Shown: positions 11,764 through 21,752 of the stretch, piece after piece
How positions within the stretch are numbered: the stretch's first letter is position 1
Layout of the letters: the number at the start of each line of letters is the position of its first letter
Origin: Gammaproteobacteria bacterium
GTDB taxonomy: Bacteria > Pseudomonadota > Gammaproteobacteria > Eutrophobiales > Eutrophobiaceae
Length of the DNA stretch: 64,000 nt
NCBI GenBank assembly: GCA_965222155.1
Contig: CBDCTH010000012.1
Location: 3,424,001 to 3,488,000 of the forward strand
Direction: 5' to 3'
Notes under the pieces: model-generated
Databases searched by the model: none
Told to the model about the DNA's origin: nothing
The model's input: only the letters and a program-made list of their open reading frames with translations
Made by a program: the position numbers and the translations under genes

Positions 11764-11820
11764 ATAGGCACTTATAGCACATATATCCTATATAGGAAAG
11801 ACATGCTATAAATGCCTATA
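11763..11820. promoter_or_regulatory. Concentric dyad operator directly upstream of the ATPase
   Basis: 17-bp arms 11763-11779 and 11804-11820 (16/17) share a centre with the perfect palindrome CCTATATAGG (11787-11796). Confidence 0.6.
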
Positions 11821-12004
11821 AACCGTTTATCAACTTATTTGTTTATAGTTTAAAAAGGTAAGCTTGTGCTGGACGAGGCAAGCAGAACTACGGGGACGGA
11901 CCACTGCTTACTACATGCAGTGCCTGCCCCTGCGGAAGCAGGGGGGCATGCTTAAATCCCCTTGCAGAAGTATGCGGTTGCTCTGTGAAGTCAAAATATT
12001 CCAC

Positions 12005-12032
12005 TTGCATTTTTCCCCACAATCACTATATT
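12005..12032 (+). promoter_or_regulatory. Sigma70-type promoter of the leuA leader
   Basis: TTGCAT-N16-TATATT, with the leader ATG 7 nt downstream. Confidence 0.55.
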
Positions 12033-12038
12033 AAATAT

Positions 12039-12122
12039 ATGGGTTTACATTATTTCTCATATCCTGTTTCAGCCAGCTTGCCGGCAGTCGCTTCCCTGCG
12101 CCTGCTCCTCCTGCCCTGCTAA
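12039..12122 (+). CDS. leuA leader peptide, 27 aa (MGLHYFSYPVSASLPAVASLRLLLLPC)
   Basis: Cluster of Leu codons just before the stop; CCTGCTCCT (12101-12109) is complementary to the leuA SD AGGAGCAGG (12192-12200). Confidence 0.8.
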   Translation: MGLHYFSYPVSASLPAVASLRLLLLPC

Positions 12123-12203
12123 GGGCGCTTAAACTACACACATCACAACACTTGTATTTTCTTAATTTACAGGCAAGATTTATCCTGAATCAGGAGCAGG
12201 ACC

Positions 12204-13736
12204 ATGACAGACAAATTAATTATCTTTGATACCACCTTGCGTGACGGCGAGCAAAGCCCCGGCGCGTCCATGACCCGTAGTGAGAAAATGCGCATAGCCA
12301 AGGCGCTGGAGAAATTGCGGGTGGACGTGATTGAGGCGGGCTTCCCGATTGCCAGCGGCGGGGATTTCGAGGCCGTCAGGTCGGTGGCGGAAATTATCAA
12401 AGACAGCACGGTTTGCGGCCTGGCGCGTACCGGCTACCAGGACATCGACGCGGCGGCAGAGGCGCTGAAACCGGCGCGCTCTGCGCGCATCCATACGTTT
12501 ATCGCCACTTCGCCCATCCATATGGAGCGAAAGTTGATGATGCAGCCGGACGAGGTGGTCGAGGCTGCGGTAAAGGCGGTAAAAAGGGCAAAAAAATATA
12601 CCGATGACGTCGAGTTTTCACCTGAGGATGCCGGTCGCTCGGAGCTCGATTTCCTGTGCCGGATCATCGAGGCGGTCATCGCCGCCGGCGCCACTACCGT
12701 CAACATCCCGGACACGGTGGGCTACAGCATCCCCACCCAGTTCGGGGAAACTATCGGCAGTATTATCGAGCGTGTTCCCAATTCCGATAAAGCGGTGTTT
12801 TCGGTACATTGCCACAACGACCTGGGCCTTGCCGTAGCCAATTCCCTGGCCGCAGTCATGCACGGCGCCAGGCAGGTGGAGTGCACCATCAACGGGCTGG
12901 GGGAGCGCGCGGGGAATGCCTCCCTGGAAGAGATTGTCATGGCAGTGAAGACACGCAAGGATTATTTCCCTTGCAGCACCGGGCTGGATACGACCGAGAT
13001 CGTGAACTGCTCAAAGCTGGTATCGAACGTGACGGGTTTCCCGGTACAGCCGAACAAGGCCGTGGTAGGCGCCAATGCCTTTGCCCATGAGGCCGGCATT
13101 CACCAGGACGGCGTGATCAAGAGCCGGGAGACCTACGAGATCATGCGCGCCCAGGACGTCGGCTGGTCAACCAACCGCCTGGTTCTGGGTAAACATTCGG
13201 GCCGCAATGCATTCCGCACCAGGTTAAAGGAAATCGGGTTTGAATTCTCCAGCGAAAAAGAACTGAATGACGCCTTTATCAAGTTCAAGGACCTGGCAGA
13301 CAAGAAACATGAAATTTATGATGAGGACCTCCAGGCTATCGTTACCGATAACATGCAGGGCGAGGAAGAAAAAATCAAGCTGGTGTCACTGAGGGTGGTA
13401 ACGGAAACTGGCGAGACGCCCCAGGCCGAATTGACCTTGTCCATTGACGGCGAGGAAACGCCGGGCATATCCGAGGGAGATGGTCCTGTCGATGCGGTTT
13501 TCAAGGCCATAGAGACTTTAGTGTCCAGCGGCTGTGAATTACAGTTGTTCTCGGTTAACAATATTACCGGTGGGACCGATTCCCAGGGAGAAGTGACGGT
13601 GCGCGTGAACAAAGACGGCCATGTCATAAATGGCCGGGGTTCGGATACGGACATCGTCACAGCGTCGGCAAAAGCGTATATCAACGCGATAAACCGGGCT
13701 TATTCGATCAGCAGCAAAATTCATCCCCAGGTATGA
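12204..13736 (+). CDS. leuA: 2-isopropylmalate synthase
   Basis: [34 protein letters not shown]-terminal regulatory domain. Confidence 0.97.
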   Translation: MTDKLIIFDTTLRDGEQSPGASMTRSEKMRIAKALEKLRVDVIEAGFPIASGGDFEAVRSVAEIIKDSTVCGLARTGYQDIDAAAEALKPARSARIHTFIATSPIHMERKLMMQPDEVVEAAVKAVKRAKKYTDDVEFSPEDAGRSELDFLCRIIEAVIAAGATTVNIPDTVGYSIPTQFGETIGSIIERVPNSDKAVFSVHCHNDLGLAVANSLAAVMHGARQVECTINGLGERAGNASLEEIVMAVKTRKDYFPCSTGLDTTEIVNCSKLVSNVTGFPVQPNKAVVGANAFAHEAGIHQDGVIKSRETYEIMRAQDVGWSTNRLVLGKHSGRNAFRTRLKEIGFEFSSEKELNDAFIKFKDLADKKHEIYDEDLQAIVTDNMQGEEEKIKLVSLRVVTETGETPQAELTLSIDGEETPGISEGDGPVDAVFKAIETLVSSGCELQLFSVNNITGGTDSQGEVTVRVNKDGHVINGRGSDTDIVTASAKAYINAINRAYSISSKIHPQV

Positions 13737-14497
13737 GGTTGACACCCCGGCAACATCATTATATTCAGGCCCTCGGCATCGAGGTATACAGGGTTCGAAA
13801 TACAGAGCATAAAGAACAGAGTCTAAAGGGGACAGATTTGAAATCTGTCCCCGGTCGTACACTGGATACCGGCGTGATTGACGAGGGCCATTCCGTTAGA
13901 GCAGGTGGGATTGCCGTGCAGCAGGGAGACGGGATGGCGCTTGACTGGGATGCATTGCGGCGTAAGGTGGCCGGGTGCCGCTTGTGTCAGCTGCATGAAG
14001 GCAGGACACAGACGGTGTTTGGGGTGGGTGACGTGAATGCGGACTGGATGCTGATCGGTGAGGCGCCGGGGGCCGAGGAGGACCGGCGCGGCGAACCCTT
14101 TGTCGGCAGGGCCGGAAAGTTACTTGATGCCATGCTTCAGGCGGTGGGTCTTGCCCGGGATGAGGTGTTCATTGCCAACATCCTCAAATGCCGCCCGCCC
14201 AATAATCGCGACCCCAGGCCCGAGGAAGTCCTGTCCTGCGAGAATTATCTCGTGCAACAGATAAACACCATTAAACCCAGGCTGATACTGGCCCTCGGCC
14301 GGGTTGCCGCCCAGAATCTGCTCAAGAGCGAAACCCCCATCGGAAAAATGCGCGGCAAGCGTTACCACTACGGTGATCCCCCCGTTCCGGTCGTGGTAAC
14401 ATATCACCCTGCCTACCTGTTACGTTCACCGCGGGAGAAAAAGAAATCCTGGCAGGATTTGCAGTTGGCAATGACGATATATAAAGAGCAATCGTGA
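13733..14497 (+). CDS. Family 4 uracil-DNA glycosylase with N-terminal extension
   Basis: CRLCQL Fe-S motif, [28 protein letters not shown]. Confidence 0.93.
   Translation: MRLTPRQHHYIQALGIEVYRVRNTEHKEQSLKGTDLKSVPGRTLDTGVIDEGHSVRAGGIAVQQGDGMALDWDALRRKVAGCRLCQLHEGRTQTVFGVGDVNADWMLIGEAPGAEEDRRGEPFVGRAGKLLDAMLQAVGLARDEVFIANILKCRPPNNRDPRPEEVLSCENYLVQQINTIKPRLILALGRVAAQNLLKSETPIGKMRGKRYHYGDPPVPVVVTYHPAYLLRSPREKKKSWQDLQLAMTIYKEQS
13828..13852. repeat. 25-bp REP-like palindrome inside the udg linker
   Basis: GGGGACAGATTT-G-AAATCTGTCCCC; same palindrome at 16747. Confidence 0.85.
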
Positions 14498-14961
14498 GCG
14501 CAGCGCTGAATGATGTCCAACTGGATTTGCGACCTATGGTGGAAACCGATTTAAGTGGTATATTGCAGATTGAGTATGCGGCGTATGCGTTTCCGTGGAG
14601 CAGGAACATCTTCAAGGGTTGCTTGCGGGATGACTATTGCTGCCGGGTCGTGGAACTGGATGGGGATTTAGCCGGTTATGCGATCATGTCCATGGGCAAG
14701 GATGAGGCGCATCTCCTGAATTTGTGTGTGGACCCCGGACGACACAGGATGGGGCTGGGGGGCTATTTATTGAATTTCATGCTTGACTTCGCCCGAAAGA
14801 ACAAAGCCGAAACCACGTTTTTAGAGGTGCGTCCGTCCAATACGGCTGCGCGGGGGTTTTATGAAAGGCGCGGTTTTGTAGAAGTAGGGTTGCGCGCCAA
14901 TTATTATCCCGCCATGTTCGGCCGGGAAGACGCCATCATCATGGCTCGGGAAACGGTGTAA
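14494..14961 (+). CDS. rimI: Ribosomal protein S18 alanine N-acetyltransferase
   Basis: FPWS, EAHLLN.CV, FLEVRPSN, R..YY...GREDA. Confidence 0.93.
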   Translation: MSAALNDVQLDLRPMVETDLSGILQIEYAAYAFPWSRNIFKGCLRDDYCCRVVELDGDLAGYAIMSMGKDEAHLLNLCVDPGRHRMGLGGYLLNFMLDFARKNKAETTFLEVRPSNTAARGFYERRGFVEVGLRANYYPAMFGREDAIIMARETV

Positions 14962-14965
14962 GGCA

Positions 14966-15883
14966 ATGTCTGCGATAACGTCAGCCGGTGGCGGGGATTA
15001 TCCGACTATCGACTCCAGCATCGGCAATACCCCGCTGGTAAGACTGCAACGCCTGCCCGGCGCTACCACCAATACCATCCTGGCAAAGCTGGAAGGGAAT
15101 AACCCGGCAGGTTCGGTCAAGGACCGGCCCGCGTTGAGCATGATCCAACGGGCAGAATCACGCGGCGAAATCAAACCCGGCGATGTGTTGATCGAGGCGA
15201 CCAGCGGCAACACGGGTATCGCTTTGGCGATGGCGGCTGCCATTCGCGGCTACCGGATGATCCTGATCATGCCGGACAACCTGAGCGGTGAGCGCAGACG
15301 CACCATGCGGGCCTTCGGCGCCGAGCTTATACTGGTTACCAAGAAAGAAGGCATGGAAGGCGCCCGCGACCTGGCTGAGAATATGGAAAAAGAAGGGAAG
15401 GGGAGGATACTGGACCAGTTTGCCAACCCGGATAATCCGTTGGCCCACTACGAAGGTACCGGTCCGGAAATCTGGCGCGACACACAAGGCAGCGTGACCC
15501 ATTTTGTCAGTGCCATGGGCACGACAGGGACAATTATGGGGGTATCGAGATATTTAAAGGAAAAGAATGACCAGGTGCAAATCGTCGGGGTACAACCGGC
15601 AGGCGATGAAAATATCCCCGGCATCCGGCGCTGGCCGAAGGCGTATCTGCCCAGGATCTTCCAGAAAGAGCGGGTTGACAGAATAATTGACGTCACACCG
15701 GCGGAAGCGGAAGACATGACCCGGCGACTGGCGGATGAGGAAGGCATATTTGCAGGTATTTCCTCAGGCGGCGCCATATCCGCCGCATTGCGATTGTCCG
15801 GCGAAATAGAAAACGCCATTATCGTAGTTATCATCTGTGACCGCGGTGACCGCTATCTTTCCTCAACAGTCTTCCCGGATTGA
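14966..15883 (+). CDS. cysM: Cysteine synthase B
   Basis: KLEGNNPAGSVKDRPA, MGTTGT, IPGIRRWP, CDRGDRYLS. Confidence 0.95.
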   Translation: MSAITSAGGGDYPTIDSSIGNTPLVRLQRLPGATTNTILAKLEGNNPAGSVKDRPALSMIQRAESRGEIKPGDVLIEATSGNTGIALAMAAAIRGYRMILIMPDNLSGERRRTMRAFGAELILVTKKEGMEGARDLAENMEKEGKGRILDQFANPDNPLAHYEGTGPEIWRDTQGSVTHFVSAMGTTGTIMGVSRYLKEKNDQVQIVGVQPAGDENIPGIRRWPKAYLPRIFQKERVDRIIDVTPAEAEDMTRRLADEEGIFAGISSGGAISAALRLSGEIENAIIVVIICDRGDRYLSSTVFPD

Positions 15884-15942
15884 ATACCCACCACCATACC
15901 GGCGAAAGCCGGTATCCAGTGAATAGGCTACCCACATGAACT

Positions 15943-16725
15943 ATGAATACCCTCGTATTTGACATCGAAACCATCCCGGATCTGGCAAGCGGCCGGCGTC
16001 TGTACAACCTGGACGGTCTTCCGGACAGGGACACCGCGGAAGTTATGTTCAAAAACCGCCGCCAGGAGACGGATAACACCTCTGACTTCCTGCGCCTGCA
16101 CTTACACCGGGTGGTGGCGATCTCAGTCGTGCTGGCGACCCGCGATAATGTCAGTGTCTGGTCACTGGGCGCGCCGGAATCCGAAGAGGCGGAACTGGTA
16201 CAGCGTTTTTTTGACGGCATCGAAAAATATACGCCGACGCTGGTTTCCTGGAACGGGCGCGGTTTTGACCTTCCCGTACTGCATTATCGCTCATTGCTGC
16301 ACGGCATTCAGGCGCCGAGGTACTGGGAGACCGGCGATGAGGATCAGAGTTTTCGCTGGAATAATTACATCAACCGCTTTCACCAGCGCCATACGGACTT
16401 GATGGATGTACTGGCGGGGTATGAGTTTCGCGCCGCCGCGCCGTTGACAGAAATCGCTTCCATGCTGGGGTTCCCCGGAAAAATGGGGATGGCAGGAGAT
16501 AAGGTATGGGACTGCTACCTGGCCGGTGATATCGAGGTGATCCGCGCTTACTGTGAAACGGATGTCCTGAATACGTATCTCGTCTACCTGCGCTACCAGC
16601 TCATCTGCGGGCGTTATTCCGATCAGACCTTCCAGGCAGAATGTGATCGCCTGAAACAGGTGCTGGCAGGCGAAAACAAAGCGCACCTGACGGCATTTCT
16701 CGAAGCCTGGGAAAGTGCTGAATAG
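15943..16725 (+). CDS. PolB-like 3'-5' exonuclease
   Basis: FDIET, SWNGRGFDLP, YCETDVLNT; commonly next to cysM. Confidence 0.88.
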   Translation: MNTLVFDIETIPDLASGRRLYNLDGLPDRDTAEVMFKNRRQETDNTSDFLRLHLHRVVAISVVLATRDNVSVWSLGAPESEEAELVQRFFDGIEKYTPTLVSWNGRGFDLPVLHYRSLLHGIQAPRYWETGDEDQSFRWNNYINRFHQRHTDLMDVLAGYEFRAAAPLTEIASMLGFPGKMGMAGDKVWDCYLAGDIEVIRAYCETDVLNTYLVYLRYQLICGRYSDQTFQAECDRLKQVLAGENKAHLTAFLEAWESAE

Positions 16726-16746
16726 CCTGTACAGGCTCAGATATCC

Positions 16747-16771
16747 GGGGACAGATTTCAAATCTGTCCCC
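16747..16771. repeat. REP-like palindrome between convergent genes; possible bidirectional terminator
   Basis: GGGGACAGATTT-C-AAATCTGTCCCC. Confidence 0.8.
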
Positions 16772-16782
16772 GATCAGCAATA

Positions 16783-17766
16783 TCAATAGCGGGGGTTCTT
16801 TTCCCAGTTGTAACTGGTCCTGATGATAAACTCCGGATCATCATAACGGGGCTGCCAGCCCAACGTTTCCCGGGTTGAACTGCCGTCCGCGACCAGTTGC
16901 GGAGGGTCGCCGGGTCTTCGGCCTGTTTCCATTACAGGTATGGGACGACCATGCACTTGTTCCACCGCCCGCACCACTTCACGGACGCTGTAACCATGAC
17001 CATAGCCGCAATTCAGGGTGATTGAGCCTCCACCTGCTTCCAGGTAACGCAAAGCCAGGGTGTGTGCGGTAGCCAGGTCACTCACGTGGATGTAGTCCCT
17101 GACGCCGGTGCCGTCCGCTGTCGGGTAATCCGTGCCGTAAATATACAGCTGGTCGCGTTTGCCCAGAGCCGTTTCACAGGCAAGTTTGATCAACAGGGTA
17201 CAATCGGGTGTCGACTGTCCGATGCGACCGTCCGGGTCGGCTCCTGCCACGTTGAAATAGCGCAAGGAGGCATAGTTCAGCGGCGCCGTTCTGGATAAAT
17301 CCCTGAGCATGATCTCAGTCATGAGTTTGGACATTCCGTAAGGATTCACGGGTTCAATGGGGCTTTCAAGGCTGACCAGCCCCGCCTCCGGGATGCCGTA
17401 AACCGCGGCAGTGGAGGAGAATATAAAGTGCCTGACGCCGCATTCCACACAGGCTTCCATCAGGTTGCGGGACTTGACGGTATTGTTCTCGTAATACATC
17501 AAGGGTTTTTCAACGGATTCCGGTACGATGGTGGAACCGGCAAGATGCAATACCGCGCCTATATCATGCTTATCCAGCAACGCGGTAACGAGTCCCTTAT
17601 CGCCGACATCACCCTGGACCAGCTCACAATCGGTGACCGCCTCGGCGAAGCCCTTGGACAGGTCGTCCAGTATGATGACCTCGTAACCCTCCATGAGCAG
17701 GTCCAGGGCAACGTGGCTGCCGATGTAACCGGCGCCACCAGTCAGCAATACTACTTTATCACCCAT
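16783..17766 (-). CDS. galE: UDP-glucose 4-epimerase
   Basis: TGGAGYIGSH, FSSTAAVYG, YGMSK, LRYFNVAGA, RDYIHV. Confidence 0.95.
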   Translation of the reverse strand: MGDKVVLLTGGAGYIGSHVALDLLMEGYEVIILDDLSKGFAEAVTDCELVQGDVGDKGLVTALLDKHDIGAVLHLAGSTIVPESVEKPLMYYENNTVKSRNLMEACVECGVRHFIFSSTAAVYGIPEAGLVSLESPIEPVNPYGMSKLMTEIMLRDLSRTAPLNYASLRYFNVAGADPDGRIGQSTPDCTLLIKLACETALGKRDQLYIYGTDYPTADGTGVRDYIHVSDLATAHTLALRYLEAGGGSITLNCGYGHGYSVREVVRAVEQVHGRPIPVMETGRRPGDPPQLVADGSSTRETLGWQPRYDDPEFIIRTSYNWEKNPRY

Positions 17767-17846
17767 GACAATCTTTCATGAAATAATCCATCCCTGCGGG
17801 AGCAGGAATCCACTACGCGACATCCACCTTAAAAACATGAACTCCC

Positions 17847-18338
17847 TCACTCAAACAAAATTACTTCACATCCTACCGCAACCAACTCAAACAACTCGAC
17901 CACGTCGCGGTTGCGCATACGTATGCACCCGGCTGAACCGGGCTCACCCATGGTTACATCGTCGGGTGCTCCGTGTATGTAAATGTAGCGGCTATAGGTA
18001 TCTACCGATCCGTCCCGGTTGACCCCGGGTTCTTCTCCGTGCAACCAGATAATCCGGGTGAGTATCCAGTCACGTCCGGGGTATTGCCGGCGCAGTTCCG
18101 GATTATATAGCTCGCCGGTGGCTTGCCTGCCGACAAACACCGTATTAGGCACGCACCCTGCGCCGATCATCTTTGCGATGCTGTGTCTGCCCCGGGGCGT
18201 ACGACCACTGTCAAGCTCCTCACCGCTGCCGTTTTTTCCGGTCGACACAGGGTATTCGCGGCTGACGCCTGCAGTTCCATGCAGTTGCAGAACCTGTCTG
18301 GCTAAGTCAATATAAATCTTGTAGTCAGTATGTCTCAT
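17847..18338 (-). CDS. L,D-transpeptidase (YkuD) family protein
   Basis: YPVSTG, TPRG, YIHG...S.GCIRM catalytic motif. Confidence 0.9.
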   Translation of the reverse strand: MRHTDYKIYIDLARQVLQLHGTAGVSREYPVSTGKNGSGEELDSGRTPRGRHSIAKMIGAGCVPNTVFVGRQATGELYNPELRRQYPGRDWILTRIIWLHGEEPGVNRDGSVDTYSRYIYIHGAPDDVTMGEPGSAGCIRMRNRDVVELFELVAVGCEVILFE

Positions 18339-18350
18339 TGATTTTGTACC

Positions 18351-19673
18351 TTACTCAAACAAGGCGATGGATTCAACATGGGACGTGTGGGGAAACATGT
18401 CCATTACGCCAGCCGCTTTCAAGTATAAGCCTGCTTGTTTCACCAGGATACCTGCATCCCGGGCCAGGGTTGCGGGGTTGCAGGATACATAGACCAGTTT
18501 TTCCACCCGTTGTAAATCCAGATGTTCGATAATCTCCCGGGCGCCGCTGCGTGGGGGATCAAGTAAAACCTTATTGTAATCGCGCCCAAGGAGCACAACG
18601 CCGGCGTCCTGTCCTGACAAGTCACACACACTGAAATTGACGTTGGATAAGCTGTTTTTCTGCGCATTCCTGTTTGCGCGACTCACCAGTTCTTCCGACC
18701 CTTCAACCCCGGTTACGTAGTTTGCATATCTCGCTATAGGCAGGGTGAAGTTACCCAGGCCGCAAAACAGGTCAAGCACCGTGTCAGCGGCGGACAGGTC
18801 CAGTAATGAGATAACCCTGTCAACCAGCAAAGGGTTAAGATCAAAATTTACCTGGGTAAAATCAACGGGAGAGAATTCTATGCTGACATCGTGGTTGTCC
18901 AACCGGTAATACAGGTCTTGTTCATCCTGCTCGGATAAGCTGTGTACGCTGTCCAGCCCGGCAGGCTGCAGGTAAAACCTGACAGGATTTGTTTTCTCAT
19001 ACTCGGCCAGTACCCTCATGTCACTCTCGGTCAAAGGGGCTATATGCCGGATAATTATGGCAGCGAACGCATCGCTTATCGCCACCTCCAACTGGGGGAT
19101 GTGCCGGTAAGCCGACAGGCCGCGGATCAGTTCCTTCAGTTGGCCGATCGTTTCCCCAAGGAACGGATGCAGGACCTCGCAGGAATCAATATCGGCAATG
19201 AAACGGCTGTTCTTTTCCCTGAAACCCACCAGCACTTTTTCCTTCCCGGCGACGTATTTCACGCCCATTCTGGCTTTCCGCCGGTAGCCCCAGTGAGACG
19301 CTGACAGGGGCGGGATAACCCGCTCCGGCGCCAGCCCGCCAATGTGCTGCAACTGTTCCAGTAAAACCGTTTGTTTGTGTAAAACCTGCTGTCCGCTGTC
19401 CAGGTGCATCAGGCTGCAGCCGCCGCATAGCGCGTAATGCGGGCAGCGGGGTTCAACCCGCAGCGCCGATGATTCGACCACGTCAACCACCCGGCCCTCA
19501 TCGAATTGTCCGCGCTTGCGGGTATACTGAAACAGTACTTGCTCTCCCGGTAGAGCGCCGTCTATAAAAACGGTCTTGCCATTGATATGGGCTATGCCCC
19601 GGCCTTCATGGGAAAGGGATTCTACTGTTGCCGACATTGGTTCGGCAGGGAGTTTGCTACGTCCGCGGGACAT
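18351..19673 (-). CDS. rlmD: 23S rRNA m5U1939 methyltransferase
   Basis: TRAM domain, C..CGGC, DLFCGLGNF, DPPRSG, YVSCNPATLARD, MFPHT.HVE. Confidence 0.96.
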   Translation of the reverse strand: MSRGRSKLPAEPMSATVESLSHEGRGIAHINGKTVFIDGALPGEQVLFQYTRKRGQFDEGRVVDVVESSALRVEPRCPHYALCGGCSLMHLDSGQQVLHKQTVLLEQLQHIGGLAPERVIPPLSASHWGYRRKARMGVKYVAGKEKVLVGFREKNSRFIADIDSCEVLHPFLGETIGQLKELIRGLSAYRHIPQLEVAISDAFAAIIIRHIAPLTESDMRVLAEYEKTNPVRFYLQPAGLDSVHSLSEQDEQDLYYRLDNHDVSIEFSPVDFTQVNFDLNPLLVDRVISLLDLSAADTVLDLFCGLGNFTLPIARYANYVTGVEGSEELVSRANRNAQKNSLSNVNFSVCDLSGQDAGVVLLGRDYNKVLLDPPRSGAREIIEHLDLQRVEKLVYVSCNPATLARDAGILVKQAGLYLKAAGVMDMFPHTSHVESIALFE

Positions 19674-19754
19674 TGACCGTACAAGGATTTTTATTTAAAC
19701 CATGTGTATCATACACGCTGATAATCGATAATTATCTGTTTTGAAGAGAGAATT

Positions 19755-19794
19755 TTGACGTATTAATTGATATAGTCTATATTAGACTATATCA
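19755..19794 (+). promoter_or_regulatory. TA promoter with overlapping palindromic operator
   Basis: TTGACG-N17-TATATT; perfect 12-bp inverted repeat TGATATAGTCTA/TAGACTATATCA (19768-19794). Confidence 0.75.
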
Positions 19795-19809
19795 TTAGTT
19801 GAAGGAGTA

Positions 19810-20094
19810 TTGACCGTGGACCATTCCAAACCATATCCAGTCTGGACAGTTGCCCAGGCCAAAGCGCGGCTTTCGGAAATCCTGCGCCTTGCCGAAAAGG
19901 AAGGGCCGCAACGCATCGGCGCCAGGAAGGCTTTCATCGTAGTGCCGGAACATACATGGCGGAGACAGACTTCACATCGTAAGCCCCTGGGCCGGTGGCT
20001 GGTCGACAACATGCCGCGTGGGACTGATCTTGAGGCAGCGGACCGTCACGAACCCGTACGCGAGATCTCATTCGTGTCTCAGGATGATGAATGA
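19810..20094 (+). CDS. Phd/YefM-family antitoxin
   Basis: WTVAQAKARLSEIL..A..EGPQ.I; ATGA-coupled to the PIN toxin. Confidence 0.85.
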   Translation: MTVDHSKPYPVWTVAQAKARLSEILRLAEKEGPQRIGARKAFIVVPEHTWRRQTSHRKPLGRWLVDNMPRGTDLEAADRHEPVREISFVSQDDE

Positions 20095-20510
20095 GCGGCT
20101 ATCTTATTGATACCAATGTGGTATCAGAACTGACGAAAACATTGCCGGACTCAGGGGTCGTTGCTTTTCTGTCAGAACACGATGATCTGTGGCTGTCGTC
20201 GGTCGTGCTGCATGAACTGGAGTTCGGATTGCTATCTCTTCCCGAAGGGCGTCGCCGCGATGACTTGCAGCAGGTTCTGTCAGATTTCATCGCCGAGTTT
20301 GACGACCGCATCTTACCCCTGGAGCGTATCGAGGCGGAGTGGGCCGCCCGACTGAGAGCAGAGGCCCACCTGTCAGGCCGAGTGCTGCACCTGGGCGATG
20401 CGCTGATCGCCGGAACGGCTAAGGCGCATGGACTCTCGGTCGCAACACGGAATGTAAAAGATTTCGACGGGCTGGATGTCAACGTCGCCAATCCCTGGCA
20501 AACACCATGA
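20091..20510 (+). CDS. vapC: PIN-domain VapC toxin
   Basis: YLIDTNVVSE, EL.FG, DALIA.TA, ATRNVKDF. Confidence 0.92.
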   Translation: MSGYLIDTNVVSELTKTLPDSGVVAFLSEHDDLWLSSVVLHELEFGLLSLPEGRRRDDLQQVLSDFIAEFDDRILPLERIEAEWAARLRAEAHLSGRVLHLGDALIAGTAKAHGLSVATRNVKDFDGLDVNVANPWQTP

Positions 20511-20582
20511 TGGCCATCTCCGAATTCATTATCGGCGATGTTGTGCTTGATGAAATCAACCCGGAGCATAAGGATTAACCGG

Positions 20583-21752
20583 ATGAGTGGTCGCTTGAAT
20601 GTGCTTCACGTTACACCGAGCATGTCGCCTTCATGGGGAGGGCCGGCGGTTGTTGCTTCGGAATTGACAACGGAACTCGTTCGGAAAGGGGTACGATGCG
20701 AGATTGTGACGTCTCATGGGTACAGGGTGGGTACCGGTCAGGTGCCGGCACCCGGCGTGCCTGTTACCAGCTTTGCGACAGAACTACCGGCGCGGCTTTG
20801 GGTCGGTTATTCGAGAGAATTATCACGGTTTCTGAAGGACAGGGCGAACAGCTTCGATCTTATCCATATCCATGAGATATGGCATTACCCCGCCTTTGCG
20901 GCGTTTTGCGCCGCCAGAAAATACAGGATTCCCTATGTGGTGACCATTCATGGCGAACTCAGCGAGTGGTGCCTTCGACAGAAAGTGCTGAAGAAACGAA
21001 TCTACAGGCTGTGCCTGTTGGACAGGATGTTACGCGCTGCCGGCACACTTCACGCGATTACCGACGCTGAAAAAAAACAGATTCTCAATCTGGGTTATGA
21101 TACCCCTTTGGTCGTAACTCCAAACGGCATTGAACCGTCCAGGTTTGAGGCACTGCCCTCTCCCCGCAGTTTTATTCAACGCTTTCCAGAATTAAAAGGA
21201 AAACGTGTCGTTCTTTTTATGGGTCGATTACATCCCAAAAAAGGGCTGGATATACTTGCCCGGAGTTTTTCCATGATTGCCCGGCGTTTTGACAACGCTG
21301 TCCTGTTGGTCGTCGGCCCGGATAAATTCGGGACTAGGGCGTATATGCAGTCTATCCTGCATGCGGAAGGAATACTGGACAGAGCGGTGTTTACCGGTCT
21401 GCTGACAGGCCGGGACAAGCTGGCTGCGCTGAGTTGTGCCGACCTTTTCGTGTTGCCGTCACACTCCGATGTTCTGGGGATCGCCGTACTTGAAGCAATG
21501 GCCGCGCGGCTGCCTGTGGTGATTACTACGAAGTGTGAATTTCCCGAGGTCTCCGAAAACAAGGCGGGCCTCGTGGTCGAAACAGATGAGGCGTCAATTG
21601 CCGCAGCGATGAGCCGGTTGCTGGAGGATGCAGCGCTACGCAAGCGTATGGGTCAACAGGGATACAAACTGGTCACCGACCATTATACCTGGCCTGCCGC
21701 CGCCGTGATGGCCGACCTTTATAAGGGTCTTGCAGCAGGTCAGCATGAATAA
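20583..21752 (+). CDS. GT4 glycosyltransferase
   Basis: GGPA, HIHEIW, GRLHPKKG, FVLPS..D.LG...LEAMA. Confidence 0.9.
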   Translation: MSGRLNVLHVTPSMSPSWGGPAVVASELTTELVRKGVRCEIVTSHGYRVGTGQVPAPGVPVTSFATELPARLWVGYSRELSRFLKDRANSFDLIHIHEIWHYPAFAAFCAARKYRIPYVVTIHGELSEWCLRQKVLKKRIYRLCLLDRMLRAAGTLHAITDAEKKQILNLGYDTPLVVTPNGIEPSRFEALPSPRSFIQRFPELKGKRVVLFMGRLHPKKGLDILARSFSMIARRFDNAVLLVVGPDKFGTRAYMQSILHAEGILDRAVFTGLLTGRDKLAALSCADLFVLPSHSDVLGIAVLEAMAARLPVVITTKCEFPEVSENKAGLVVETDEASIAAAMSRLLEDAALRKRMGQQGYKLVTDHYTWPAAAVMADLYKGLAAGQHE

